DNA of 36,186 nucleotides from an uncultured Prevotella sp. (GTDB lineage Bacteria > Bacteroidota > Bacteroidia > Bacteroidales > Bacteroidaceae), in contig CAMOGP010000001.1 of the NCBI GenBank assembly GCA_946614175.1, positions 1-36,186 on the forward strand, given 5' to 3'. Shown in pieces: positions 1 to 10,352 of the stretch. The notes beneath the pieces are model-generated. The model saw nothing but the letters and a program-made list of their open reading frames with translations, searched no databases and was not told where the DNA came from. The position numbers were made by a program, and so were the translations under genes. Numbering within the stretch: the first letter of the stretch is position 1; the number at the start of each line of letters is the position of its first letter.

Positions 1-1067
1 ACATCCATGAACATCTGCTCATTCTGGTGGTTCAACGTGATGTTCAACGTGGTGCATACGCCAGAGTTGAAGTGAACCGTATCGCCAAATTCGCCCATAT
101 AGGTCTTTCTGACTGATTGAGTGGGATCCATCGCATCAGGATATTCCACCTCGAACGAGAACTTCAACGGCTGCTTGTTGGCATTGATTTCATGGAATGC
201 AGCATTCTGCGGCGTTGTCAGACCATAGAAGGTAAAGGTCTTGCTCTGAGCCTTTCCCTCGCCTTCTGGTTTGGGGCACCAGAGGGTAATATCCTTGGTG
301 GACTGCTGATCGGCATTGAAATCAAGGGCCGTGACATCATCCTTACTGTTGGCACCCCAGGTGTATTTGCAAGGCTGGTTGTGGAGCACAAAATGACTCA
401 CCTTGACCAGCGTATCCACGGCACTGGCACTGGCGGCAAAGTCCTTGATATTCACCACTACACGCACATTGCTCAAGGCATGTGTAAAATAGACCGTGGT
501 GGTCAGTCCGCCATTATCGGCCTTGGTGGTGTCGCTGAAAAGAATCAGCGGGTCTTCCAGTTTTATATCATCATTGCTATTGTAAACGATAGCAGTTTTA
601 CCTGAGCCCAGTTCACCGGCATAAGTATCGCTACCCGTACCATTGGACTGCGTCGCCCACTGATAGCCTTCGGGCAGGTTATAGGCAATGAAGGTGTGAT
701 CATTATTGCCATCGGACCAGTATATTTTTTCAGGATCACTGGCAGTACCGTTAGGTGTGCGTTCCCAGTTGGTACCATTATAGAGATAGTGGATATTACT
801 ATAGGTGAAAGCCGCCAACGGACTATGGGTACGCTTAATCGTAGTGAACACTATCTTGTCTTCGTTGACAAACTGCGTACGTCCCACGCTGACTTTCAAT
901 GGGGCAACGGTAGCGGCACGAGAGATAGAGACATCCTCGCCGGAGATAGCAACCTGTATGCCTTTCAACTCCACGGCATCGCCAGTAGAGAATACATCCT
1001 CATCACTGCTGCAGGCAGCAAGAAGGGCCATCATGGCCAGGAACAGTATCTTATATGATTTCATCAT
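1..1067 (-). CDS. Type V pilin / fimbrillin-family lipoprotein (partial, 3' end runs off the window; absent from ORF track)
   Basis: Manual translation from ATG at 1067 (ATGA overlap with the upstream stop): MMKSYKILFLAMMALLAAC-SSDED lipobox, SISR^AA processing motif, EKIYWSD and VYFTHALSNVRV fimbrillin motifs; open to position 1. Confidence 0.85.
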   Translation of the reverse strand, partial: MMKSYKILFLAMMALLAACSSDEDVFSTGDAVELKGIQVAISGEDVSISRAATVAPLKVSVGRTQFVNEDKIVFTTIKRTHSPLAAFTYSNIHYLYNGTNWERTPNGTASDPEKIYWSDGNNDHTFIAYNLPEGYQWATQSNGTGSDTYAGELGSGKTAIVYNSNDDIKLEDPLILFSDTTKADNGGLTTTVYFTHALSNVRVVVNIKDFAASASAVDTLVKVSHFVLHNQPCKYTWGANSKDDVTALDFNADQQSTKDITLWCPKPEGEGKAQSKTFTFYGLTTPQNAAFHEINANKQPLKFSFEVEYPDAMDPTQSVRKTYMGEFGDTVHFNSGVCTTLNITLNHQNEQMFMD

Positions 1068-2107
1068 AGCTTCATCGTTACTTTATAGAGTTTACCTGCC
1101 TCGAAGGTGGTCTGGGTGAGCTGCATGCTGTAGCGCTTCTCACCATCGCGCAACCAGAAGGTGGCTTTGCCTGAAAGCGTGCAGGGAGGCACTATCAACC
1201 GGTAGGTCTTGCTGCCTGCGTTATAAGCTGTATAGATGCCGTTTTGCTGGATGTTGCCGATAGGCGTGGTATAAGCCTTGGCCTGATTATCATCGACAAC
1301 GGCCACACCAATCACGGTGCCGTTCTCGGCCTGGGTACAGCTGTGTTTATTCTTATAGCCATAATTACTAGAGTTCACCTTACTCCTGGCTGCATAGTAG
1401 TCGCCCACGATAACCTCTGCCTGGTCGATATCGGGCATGCCCTCGAGGGTAAGCACGGCATTGTCAGAGATACCAAGACTGGCATCGGCACTCACCGTGA
1501 CGAGCAGTGCCGCCATGACATGCTTAAAACTCAGATGCACATTATACGAGCCGGTCTGCTGGATGGTCTGTGCCCACATCAGGTCACAGGCCTTATAATC
1601 GGCGGCCTTGGTCTGGTTAGCGTGGAACACATTACTGTATTGCTCTACACGCGTGCCATTGCCGGCAATAAAAATCTGCTCTTCGCTCCAGGTCTGCGCC
1701 GTATAGACATAAGGCGTCTGCTGGGCTTCATAGCGATCATAGATATTGGGCGATGCCGAAGGACTGTAGTCGCCATTGATATCGTAGCCATCTTTGGCCA
1801 CGATATTGATCCACTGACTGGTATTCCACTTCAGCAACCAGAAAGCATCGAAACTATTACCATAGGTGGTCTCGCCAAACTCTGTACGCGACGAGAAGGG
1901 ACAGATAATCTTCAACTTCACCTTGTCACCATTCTCGAAGGCATTGCCAGCGAAGTTGGTACGGGATACATCCTCGCCCTCGAAGTTCCTAATAGTAGTA
2001 GAGAACGACAGGATACCCGATGTCTGCTGCGCTTGCGGAGCCTCATCAGCAGTGCAGGCAGTGAGCACCATGGCCATTCCCAGGAAAAATATCTTGTTTA
2101 TCTTCAT
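1064..2107 (-). CDS. Type V pilin / fimbrillin-family lipoprotein (347 aa)
   Basis: Lipobox LTAC-TADE, DVSR^TN, DLMWAQ...LSFKHVMAAL, YRLIVPP, FEAGKLYKVTM motifs typical of Mfa-like fimbrillins. Confidence 0.85.
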   Translation of the reverse strand: MKINKIFFLGMAMVLTACTADEAPQAQQTSGILSFSTTIRNFEGEDVSRTNFAGNAFENGDKVKLKIICPFSSRTEFGETTYGNSFDAFWLLKWNTSQWINIVAKDGYDINGDYSPSASPNIYDRYEAQQTPYVYTAQTWSEEQIFIAGNGTRVEQYSNVFHANQTKAADYKACDLMWAQTIQQTGSYNVHLSFKHVMAALLVTVSADASLGISDNAVLTLEGMPDIDQAEVIVGDYYAARSKVNSSNYGYKNKHSCTQAENGTVIGVAVVDDNQAKAYTTPIGNIQQNGIYTAYNAGSKTYRLIVPPCTLSGKATFWLRDGEKRYSMQLTQTTFEAGKLYKVTMKL

Positions 2108-2120
2108 AGAGTTGCGTGAT

Positions 2121-4736
2121 TTAGTTGTTTTGCGTCAGCGGATTCCAGCTGCTCTCCACGGTAGGGACACCCGACTGCAGCGTGGGATAGAGATGCGTGT
2201 AGCCCACCGTTGACGCCTGATAATGCATCTGACAGGGATACTTGGCACCGACGGTAGAGCTGTTGTACTTCCAAATGGCATAGTTCATAGCCTTCCAGGG
2301 AGCCAATCCGTACATCTCGGACTTCATATTATTTGGCAACGAGTAGTAATCAGCATCGTCACCAATGAGATAGTCGTTCTTGGCTTTCAGAATGTGTGAC
2401 TTACTGCCACGGACATACTGCTGATAGGGATAACTGTCGGCGACGCTGCCCACGGCATTAGACTTAGGCGACTTCTCTATATCGTAGTAGTTGCACATAA
2501 ACGAACCCCACGTCACATTATTCTTCGACTGCGGCGCAAAGAAACTGGTGGTTCCGGCATAAGCGCCCAACAGTGCGCCCGTATTCTCAGGAATACCGGC
2601 GGCAGCCTGCATACAGCCCAGCATGGTGAGATTATCGGCCTTGCCCACCAACGCGCCACCAGCATTGCCCACATGGATGCATCCAACCACATAACTGGCC
2701 CCAGTCAGACTGTTGGCGATGGCGCACTCACTACTGTTGCACAGCAGTGAGATACCTGCGATATAACAGCCCCAGCCCGACTTGCCGCTGGCCACGGCGG
2801 TGTTGAGCAGACTGACGTCGTGGGTACTCTCTATACGCAGGTTGGTGATGGCACCGTCTTTCACGTGGTCGAAGAGATACTTCTTCGTCATATTCAGATT
2901 ATAGAGCGTATGACCACCACCTTTAAAGTTGCCCCTGAAGGGTTTGGTGTTGTCCTCGCCGATGCTGGGCAGTTCCCAGTCGTAGAGGTCGAGGTCTTCT
3001 GTCAGTCTCACCTCATAGCGGTTACCGAAGTCGGTATCATAGAAATCCATGGGACCAGTGACATAGTCCTCGATAACATGTGCCTTCTGGGTGGAGACGG
3101 TGGGATAAAAATGGGGATAGAACACATAACCCATTGCCTCTGCCTCTTCCATCGTGATTTGTCTGGGGTTACCGTTCTCGTCGGTCTCGCCCTCCAGAAT
3201 CCACCAATAGGTCTCGAAGCCATCCGTATCTTTGATGGTGTCGTTCTTCTCGTCAAGACGTACCTTGCCACGCTTCAGTCCACTCATTCTCTTGGCGGCA
3301 GTGCCGTTGACAAGATGGATAAACGTGCGGAACTCCCTCTGGTTCTTAATACTGAACGAGGGCAGAAAGTCGCCACCCTTAAGAGCGGTCTTTGCAGCCT
3401 CCCGATAGGCTTTGGTCCACCATGTGAAGTCGAAGTCGGTCTTGACCTGTGCCTCGTCCTTACCATCCTGCTCCATCTGGTCCTGCTCGTCCCATGAGAA
3501 CTGGTCAACAGGTGTGATAGTCAGTTTATCATAGTGATAGCCCACATTGAACAGATAGCTATAGCCTGCTTTCAACGTGAGGCCATTAGGGTAAACAGCC
3601 TTTCCATTCTTCATGATATCACTCAGTGCAAAGATATGGTAATTACTTTCGCTACCCGTAGAACCTGTTGTGGTATGTCTGTCACCATTGTTCACGTCGT
3701 AAAGCCACACTTTAAAACGGGTGCAGGCCGGCAGCACCAGTTCATGTCCCTTCCCCTCACTACTCATATCAAAGGGGACAGACATCATATAAAGGCGGCC
3801 GTCGTTAGAATTAAACACAGGACGCTGCACATCCGTACGAATGGCGGCAGAATCCTTCTCGCCAATCTTCACGATACCAGTAGCATCCTTCTCGAAATCT
3901 TTGAAACTTGTGGTACCATCATAGCGTGCCTTGGTCATAGCCGTGAGCAGGAAGGTCTTGTCATCGACACCAGCGGGCATACACATCTTGTTATAGACTG
4001 CCATCACGGAATCAAGTTCTTTCTGTGCCTGTTCGTCGGTCTTGACGGTCTCTGCATCATCATGCGCTTTCGTATCGGCATTATCCTGACGACGATAGTC
4101 TTCCAGGTCTGTACTGATGGTGGCACTGCCAAACTCATTACCCGCCTTGCAGGTAAGACCGATACGACAGGTGACATGACGCATAGTGAGCGGTATGCTC
4201 TTGGTAGGACCCGAAACAGTGACCCAGTCAGAGATGGTATAGTCTGGATAGTAACTACCTTTGGAATTGGCAGTCAGCGCACCAGCTAAATTGCTGCGTC
4301 CCCAGGCACGGAAACGCACAATACGTCCGTTTTCCCATGTCAGCGAGTCACCGGCATCCTGATTGGAGATATTTCCATATTTGTCTGACTTCAATTTGCC
4401 TGACATAGGCACCCAATCGTCATTGAGCGATACGGAGGTGCCTGCGGCATAGTCCATCTTCAAGTAATAAGTACGGAAAATAGTGGTATCCTCAAAGGAA
4501 GTGCTACTGCCCTTGACGGCATACTGACGGAAGATACGCATCTGGTCGCCCTCATTGAAGGAACCGTCATGGTGATAGGTGGTGCGCGTGACAAAAGGAT
4601 CGGCCATGGTTGCACTGAAGTTCACGGCACGGCCCATCAGCGACTGCTGCTCCTCATCGAGCCACATATCGTCATCGGCTGTGCAGGCTGTCAGCACCAA
4701 GGCCATGAATAGATATATGATATGTTTAATATTCAT
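2121..4736 (-). CDS. Fimbrillin-family lipoprotein with C-terminal putative beta-helical adhesin domain (871 aa)
   Basis: Lipobox LTAC-TADDD, FVTR^TT, LTMRHVTCRI, LKAGYSYLFNV; C-terminal region with LTEDLDL...SIG...PFRGNFKGGGHTLYNL, resembling GLUG/beta-helix adhesin starts. Confidence 0.75.
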   Translation of the reverse strand: MNIKHIIYLFMALVLTACTADDDMWLDEEQQSLMGRAVNFSATMADPFVTRTTYHHDGSFNEGDQMRIFRQYAVKGSSTSFEDTTIFRTYYLKMDYAAGTSVSLNDDWVPMSGKLKSDKYGNISNQDAGDSLTWENGRIVRFRAWGRSNLAGALTANSKGSYYPDYTISDWVTVSGPTKSIPLTMRHVTCRIGLTCKAGNEFGSATISTDLEDYRRQDNADTKAHDDAETVKTDEQAQKELDSVMAVYNKMCMPAGVDDKTFLLTAMTKARYDGTTSFKDFEKDATGIVKIGEKDSAAIRTDVQRPVFNSNDGRLYMMSVPFDMSSEGKGHELVLPACTRFKVWLYDVNNGDRHTTTGSTGSESNYHIFALSDIMKNGKAVYPNGLTLKAGYSYLFNVGYHYDKLTITPVDQFSWDEQDQMEQDGKDEAQVKTDFDFTWWTKAYREAAKTALKGGDFLPSFSIKNQREFRTFIHLVNGTAAKRMSGLKRGKVRLDEKNDTIKDTDGFETYWWILEGETDENGNPRQITMEEAEAMGYVFYPHFYPTVSTQKAHVIEDYVTGPMDFYDTDFGNRYEVRLTEDLDLYDWELPSIGEDNTKPFRGNFKGGGHTLYNLNMTKKYLFDHVKDGAITNLRIESTHDVSLLNTAVASGKSGWGCYIAGISLLCNSSECAIANSLTGASYVVGCIHVGNAGGALVGKADNLTMLGCMQAAAGIPENTGALLGAYAGTTSFFAPQSKNNVTWGSFMCNYYDIEKSPKSNAVGSVADSYPYQQYVRGSKSHILKAKNDYLIGDDADYYSLPNNMKSEMYGLAPWKAMNYAIWKYNSSTVGAKYPCQMHYQASTVGYTHLYPTLQSGVPTVESSWNPLTQNN

Positions 4737-6417
4737 CTCTTGAGTAAGTTGGAATAGTGGGGATGTAATTGGTAACGACGCCGTTCTTGTCCGAGCAATT
4801 GTTCACATAGCCATTGATGGGGGCGCCGTCCTTAAACAGGGTTGCACCGCTGATGTTGGTGTTAACAATTTCAGCACGCCAACCCAGAGTGGGTACCCAA
4901 GTAGAGCCTTCAAGATGGACATTGGCCTCCCAAGTGCTGGCCTTGTCAGTCTCCTGGGCTGTAGTGTATTCACCATCCAAGCCATCAAACAGATAAGCGC
5001 GTGAACCGGTGATTGTAATCTTGTGGTCAAGGGCATCGAGGTGGCCTGTAAAGATATAGTTATGAGGGAAGGTAAAATCATCGGTATTAATGGTGATATC
5101 CCTCTTCAGAATGAAATAGTCACCATGATGGGCACCACCCTTATAAGCCTGCAAAAGCATACTGAACCACTTGGTATCGTCCACATACTGCGCTTCCTCG
5201 TCCTCATTGTCGGCATCATAGAAATGACCGTCGGTGACGCCAGTGTTCAGCGTACTGTTGGTATAGGCGCGCTGCCAACTGCTACCCGCCACAGACAGGT
5301 TGTTTCCATTCTGGTTGTTCACACCATAATAGTTATCGGGATAACTGCTTTCTTTCCACAGACGCGAGCCAGCACTGTTATAGTCGATACGTTCGGGACT
5401 GACACGCAGATAGACAACCGTCTCATCGTTGGCATTGAGGTCGAAAGCAAAGGATTTCTCATATTCCAGGTCATTACTCAGCGTAAGCTCGAAATCGATA
5501 TTGTTCTCACCGCTGGCTGTCTGCACAGCCTCATCGAACATCACATTGGATTTATCCTTATTCACGGTATAAGTGGGACGGACAATGAGATCATAGTAGG
5601 GACACATGCCATAATCCAGACTGGTGTAGTTTTTGGTATCGGCAGCGGCATCCGCATAGTTGTCATCAATGGGGAAGACTAACTTGCCAGTTGCCTTTTC
5701 CTTATACAACTTCACGCTTTCCTGACCCAGATAATGCGGGATGGCCTTGCGCTCTGTTTTCCACACAGGTTTTTCGTTCTCGACATAATCAAGGGTCTGG
5801 ACATTACAGAAACGCAGCATCGTATTCTCCACGTTCTTATTGTTATCATCGTTCTTGGTATCGAAACCTTTCAGTGTAGCAGCCATGTCCTTATCTATCA
5901 ACACATAGGCCACCACACGCGCCAAGCGATGCTGGAGGGGGATGGTGATACGGCCTACGGTAGCAGCAATTTTTGTTGAAGGGGGAACGGCTGTATAATG
6001 ACTCAGGGAGTCGTACACATGCGGCTCGTCTTTAGCCAAGCCTGCGGGAACATAAACGCCTTCGAAGACGTGGGCACCGTTGCCCAACCACTTTGCGTAT
6101 TTCTTGTTGGCATCCGTCAGACTATAGATACCATTTTCATTAAGCCTCAGTTGTGCCTGCTGTTTGGCGTCGGCATCCTGATAGTAGCTAATGGTCATTC
6201 CTTTCTGCAAGCCCGCCTTCAGCCAATCGATGGTCTCGGCAGACACGGCAGCACGGCTTACGGCAGCCGTGATGACCATATCACCGGTACTCACACCGCC
6301 CACATGAATGATGTCGCTATCATCTGCAGAGGAAAGCGCCTCATCCTGCGAGTTGCATGCTGTAAAAAGCATGAAGCCCAAAGCCAGTGGAATATATCTT
6401 TTTATACTTTTCATCAT
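4726..6417 (-). CDS. Fimbrillin-family lipoprotein with short C-terminal extension
   Basis: Lipobox FTAC-NSQDE, AVSR^AA, IPLQHRLARV, YDLIVRP; C-terminal YFILKRDITIN...FTGHLDALDHKI. ATG at 6417 preferred over GTG at 6423. Confidence 0.75.
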   Translation of the reverse strand: MMKSIKRYIPLALGFMLFTACNSQDEALSSADDSDIIHVGGVSTGDMVITAAVSRAAVSAETIDWLKAGLQKGMTISYYQDADAKQQAQLRLNENGIYSLTDANKKYAKWLGNGAHVFEGVYVPAGLAKDEPHVYDSLSHYTAVPPSTKIAATVGRITIPLQHRLARVVAYVLIDKDMAATLKGFDTKNDDNNKNVENTMLRFCNVQTLDYVENEKPVWKTERKAIPHYLGQESVKLYKEKATGKLVFPIDDNYADAAADTKNYTSLDYGMCPYYDLIVRPTYTVNKDKSNVMFDEAVQTASGENNIDFELTLSNDLEYEKSFAFDLNANDETVVYLRVSPERIDYNSAGSRLWKESSYPDNYYGVNNQNGNNLSVAGSSWQRAYTNSTLNTGVTDGHFYDADNEDEEAQYVDDTKWFSMLLQAYKGGAHHGDYFILKRDITINTDDFTFPHNYIFTGHLDALDHKITITGSRAYLFDGLDGEYTTAQETDKASTWEANVHLEGSTWVPTLGWRAEIVNTNISGATLFKDGAPINGYVNNCSDKNGVVTNYIPTIPTYSRDEY

Positions 6418-6423
6418 CTTCAC

Positions 6424-9123
6424 TTAAAATTCTTTTTCTAAAGGTGTGATGGCATTGCGCTTACCAAGCAAAGCCTCATCACTGCCACTTGGTGTTCCCA
6501 CACCGCTGCTGTCGGTCTGCCACCAGTTGCCCTGACAGGCTGTTGAGGTGGCCTCTTCCTCACCAAACTTTGCATTACCCAAGACGCAACCGTGATGAGC
6601 ATCCTTAGACAAGAGGATAAAACTGGTACAGTCTGTGATGGTCAGTTCGGGGGTATCGGTTGTTCCTTCCTTCTTCTCGATACCACCGACGATACCACCA
6701 AGGTAAAGTACTGAAGAGGCAGTACCCTCTAACTTACTCGTGGAATGGAACACACACTGGGTGACGGTAGCCTTAGATACTGTAGAGACAATACCACCGG
6801 CAAACTTACGTCCCTGATTAATAGAGGTGGCCACATTGGCAAAGATATTCACCCTGACCTCGCAGTTCTTGACTGTCGCATTATTGTATGCCCATACCAC
6901 CACACCAGCGGGGTTGGAGGCCTTGATAACCGCATCGTTGATGGTCTTCACCTTGATATCACTTATCTCAGCCGACTCACCATAAACGGAGAAGGCCAAA
7001 GGCGCAATGGCGTCGGTAGCCGTTGTCGCATCCTGCGTAGCAACAAGGTCTTTCACCACAAGAACAGTCAGGTCGTGTATTTTGCCCTGAACATTGTTAA
7101 ATATCATTGCCTCGGTAGAGATTGTCTTGCCGTTGCCATCCAGTTCGTAGTTTACATCGCCCGCCGTATTCTGAACGGTGATATCCTTGGCCAGGCGATA
7201 GCGCTTTTGTTCATCGTTGTAAGGATAACTTGTTGAAGCTTTCAACTCGTTCTCACTGTCAATGATACCCGAATAGCGCTTGTCGGCAGCCATGGCATTT
7301 GTAATTACAGCATCCTTAACGAGATTCTCGTCAACCGTAGGCCATACGTTGTTCTCGGCCTTGAAGGTGCTGTGTTTCTCGTCTCTTTCACCCACGATAT
7401 TCTGGAACAGAGCCTTATCCTGCTGCAGGGTGATGCCATACTCAAAGGTATTGTTGTTGATGTAGCCATTGGCCTTACCTACGATACCCCCACCCTTCTG
7501 ACCGCCATCCACACGGTTGGTCACGGTGCAACCATCGATGATGGCAATCTTACTTTCTGCGGAAAGGGAAGTAGCGGCGATACCACCCACATAATCGCCA
7601 GTACCACCTGACACTCTCAAGGCGGAATGACATTTCGAGATGGTGCCAGTGTTGTTGACCACCACACCTGCGGCAGTGGCATGGGCTTCTGCATCTTTTG
7701 TCGTCACGCGGACATCCTCAATGGCGCCCTTGTTGGTTTCTGCTACAGCGGCATCGACGACACCACCAATCTGAATGGTACCATTCTGCAGAGTGGCAGC
7801 ATCCTGAAGTGAGTTCAGGAAACGGTGGTTACTGATGATGGTCTTACCACCCAGATTCAACGTACAACAGAGGTCATAGGTGCTGGGCCAATCCTGCAAA
7901 TCAATATTATTTGTTACCAGCGCCACATTACCGGGCTTGTTTTTCTCGTCGGATTCCAGGAAGGTTATGAGTTCTGTGCGGTTACTGATCTTGATAGGTT
8001 CGCCAGCATTACCATAGTCATCGCAGATGGTATTGGTCACCTCTTCGGTCCAATCCTCGACATAGGCCGACATCAGTATCTTACGACTGTCACGACTCAG
8101 GGTGACGGTGATAACAAGACGCTTGCCAGGCTCCAATCGATAACTGGCTTTGCTGGGATTATCCGGGTCATCAAACAGATAGTCGTTCTGAGCATAGAAC
8201 GAATAATGCTGTCCTGAAAGACTGATTTTTGTAATGAGGTCGGTAGAGGGATTGGCAGAGTAATCATAGGGGTACACAATCGCATCATAGCGCGTGGTGC
8301 TCACACTATCCTCTGCCCCACCGTTCTTATCTTTATCGTAATGTATCTTTTCCTCCTTAGCCAGCGGCATAATCTCTATAGGTGAACCCGCAGTGTCGTA
8401 CGAGAAAATCTTAGCACTCAGGTCGTTCTCTGCCACATCATAAGCCAGGGCTTTACGAGTCACACCCTCGCCAGCTTTCAGAATGATGCTGATAAGCGAG
8501 CGCTTATGCTGCAGATAGAGCGGTATCTTCTTTAAGTCGTTATTATCGCTCACCATCTTGGATTGATTGTTCAGCGCCTTCCACTCCTTGGCAGTGTGAT
8601 AATTCAGGGCATCCAGATTGTCTGTGGGGTTATTGTTATTCTCATCCCACAACTGCACATAGCCATAGCCTTCCAGACGGTCTTGCTGCAGCCAGTCTTT
8701 CTGAGTGTTCTGAACAGGTGAGAGGTCCTCCGTACCGGCAACGGCCTTAAAGGCATAGGGTACGGTGGTGCTGGACCAATATAGCGGCGTATGGCCGGTC
8801 TTTGGACTCAATGTGCCATCAGTCTTTAAGGTGTCAGGGCCATAGGTGCCCGTGCCAATGACCTTACCATCGGCATACATGTCAATAGTAAACTCATAAG
8901 CCTTATTAACAGCCTGGAACTTATTCATCTCCTCCTCAAAATCCTCTTGAGCGCCACGGGTGGCAGGAGCACCAGGCAGAGAAGTGGTAAACATCACTTC
9001 CTCGCCCTCGGAGATACCATCGGAGAAGAGGCTGTCAATGGTCTCATTACAACCTGTCATTCCAAGGATGAAGGTCATCATGAGCACCAGCTGTGATAGT
9101 TTATATAGATAGTTTCTCTTCAT
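6424..9123 (-). CDS. Fimbrillin-family lipoprotein with duplicated GLUG-like beta-helix domain (899 aa)
   Basis: Lipobox MTGC, PATR^GA, PLYW, LQHKRSLI, YDAIVYP, AYVEDW; then YVGGIAA/GGGIVG/FAGGIVS/YLGGIVG repeats. Confidence 0.78.
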   Translation of the reverse strand: MKRNYLYKLSQLVLMMTFILGMTGCNETIDSLFSDGISEGEEVMFTTSLPGAPATRGAQEDFEEEMNKFQAVNKAYEFTIDMYADGKVIGTGTYGPDTLKTDGTLSPKTGHTPLYWSSTTVPYAFKAVAGTEDLSPVQNTQKDWLQQDRLEGYGYVQLWDENNNNPTDNLDALNYHTAKEWKALNNQSKMVSDNNDLKKIPLYLQHKRSLISIILKAGEGVTRKALAYDVAENDLSAKIFSYDTAGSPIEIMPLAKEEKIHYDKDKNGGAEDSVSTTRYDAIVYPYDYSANPSTDLITKISLSGQHYSFYAQNDYLFDDPDNPSKASYRLEPGKRLVITVTLSRDSRKILMSAYVEDWTEEVTNTICDDYGNAGEPIKISNRTELITFLESDEKNKPGNVALVTNNIDLQDWPSTYDLCCTLNLGGKTIISNHRFLNSLQDAATLQNGTIQIGGVVDAAVAETNKGAIEDVRVTTKDAEAHATAAGVVVNNTGTISKCHSALRVSGGTGDYVGGIAATSLSAESKIAIIDGCTVTNRVDGGQKGGGIVGKANGYINNNTFEYGITLQQDKALFQNIVGERDEKHSTFKAENNVWPTVDENLVKDAVITNAMAADKRYSGIIDSENELKASTSYPYNDEQKRYRLAKDITVQNTAGDVNYELDGNGKTISTEAMIFNNVQGKIHDLTVLVVKDLVATQDATTATDAIAPLAFSVYGESAEISDIKVKTINDAVIKASNPAGVVVWAYNNATVKNCEVRVNIFANVATSINQGRKFAGGIVSTVSKATVTQCVFHSTSKLEGTASSVLYLGGIVGGIEKKEGTTDTPELTITDCTSFILLSKDAHHGCVLGNAKFGEEEATSTACQGNWWQTDSSGVGTPSGSDEALLGKRNAITPLEKEF

Positions 9124-9130
9124 GTCTTTC

Positions 9131-10312
9131 TTAGTTCTGATTATCGTCCTTTATCGTACCATCAGCAGAATAGTTGGCTGTATCCATATCCCAGGGTTTG
9201 ATTTTGGCAGTGACCTCTGCTATCAGACTGCGGCGCAACTCCATATTGTAGATATACTTAGTGCCACTTTTCAGCGTCAGGTTCTTCACACCTTTATAGG
9301 TGGTCACGTGCTTGACGGCATCGGCAGCGTCGGACTCTCTCCAGGTGATACGGATACCCTGCAGGGTGCCGAATGCTATACATTCGAACGTCTTGAGATA
9401 GCCGCCCACAGGTGTTGAGCGCTTGAACATGTTGAAAGAAGAACCATAAGGATTGTCTTTTATTGTGGACTGATATTTATTATCGTCAACATTGATGGGA
9501 AGGGAGGTGGCGGCAGGAAGCGTACCGTCGGACAGGATGCAATAAGGCACATAGCCCGTCTCGGCCACGCCCAGCAGTTCAACACGCTCTATCCAGGCTG
9601 AGTCAATTACAGCAGACTGGTCTAACGAGCTCTTCAGGTTGACCTGTACCTGTGCGAACTGGTGCTTAAAGAACAGTTTTACACGGTTGGCCTCGGGAGT
9701 ACCACCAGAAGGACGTGCAGTTTCCAAAGCCAGGATAGGGTCTGGTTGCTCCGCCATCGACGTCTTATCACCTCTTGTCAGATCGTAGGCCAGCATATAC
9801 TGGTTCTTATACTGAGTTTGGACATTGGGGAATAGTTTCAGCGTACCGGTGTCAGAACCATCCTCGGAAGAGAGTTTGTTATTGTCTGTCAGCGCCAGAA
9901 AGATATGGTTCAGACGGTTTTGCCAGTAGAAGCACTTAGCAGCATCGTCGAAACCATAGGTATCTTCTTTGATGTTGTCTTCGTCGTATGCTTGATTTCG
10001 ATAGACAGCATTACCCACTGTGTTACTGATCTTCAGCCATGCTGTAGTCATGTTGACATCGGACTTAGGAGTACCAAACTCTGAGTCGTTGGTATCGCTG
10101 ACACCGGCATGGAAGAACATGGAGCAGACAAAACGGCTGTTCTTAGGCATATAGGATGCGGCTGTACGGGTAACGGTCGCCTCGGTATTGCCAGCGGAAA
10201 AAAGCACCGGCATATGCTCCGTTTGCAGTGCCTCGTCATAAGTATCCTGATCGGCAGAACACCCCATCAATAGCAGCACAACGATTATATATATGTTAAT
10301 CCAAAATTTCAC
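9131..10312 (-). CDS. Type V pilin / fimbrillin-family lipoprotein (393 aa, GTG start)
   Basis: Lipobox LMGC-SADQD, TVTR^TA, FYWQN, LFFKHQFAQVQV, LKSGTKYIYNM...AKIKPW C-terminal strand. Confidence 0.85.
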   Translation of the reverse strand: MKFWINIYIIVVLLLMGCSADQDTYDEALQTEHMPVLFSAGNTEATVTRTAASYMPKNSRFVCSMFFHAGVSDTNDSEFGTPKSDVNMTTAWLKISNTVGNAVYRNQAYDEDNIKEDTYGFDDAAKCFYWQNRLNHIFLALTDNNKLSSEDGSDTGTLKLFPNVQTQYKNQYMLAYDLTRGDKTSMAEQPDPILALETARPSGGTPEANRVKLFFKHQFAQVQVNLKSSLDQSAVIDSAWIERVELLGVAETGYVPYCILSDGTLPAATSLPINVDDNKYQSTIKDNPYGSSFNMFKRSTPVGGYLKTFECIAFGTLQGIRITWRESDAADAVKHVTTYKGVKNLTLKSGTKYIYNMELRRSLIAEVTAKIKPWDMDTANYSADGTIKDDNQN

Positions 10313-10320
10313 GTCTAAAC

Positions 10321-10350
10321 TCTTACTTCTTACTTTTTACCTCTTTACTT
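10321..10350. repeat. Short degenerate 7-8-mer tandem repeat in an intergenic gap
   Basis: Minus strand AGTAAAG AGGTAAAA AGTAAGA AGTAAGA. Confidence 0.55.
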
Positions 10351-10352
10351 CC

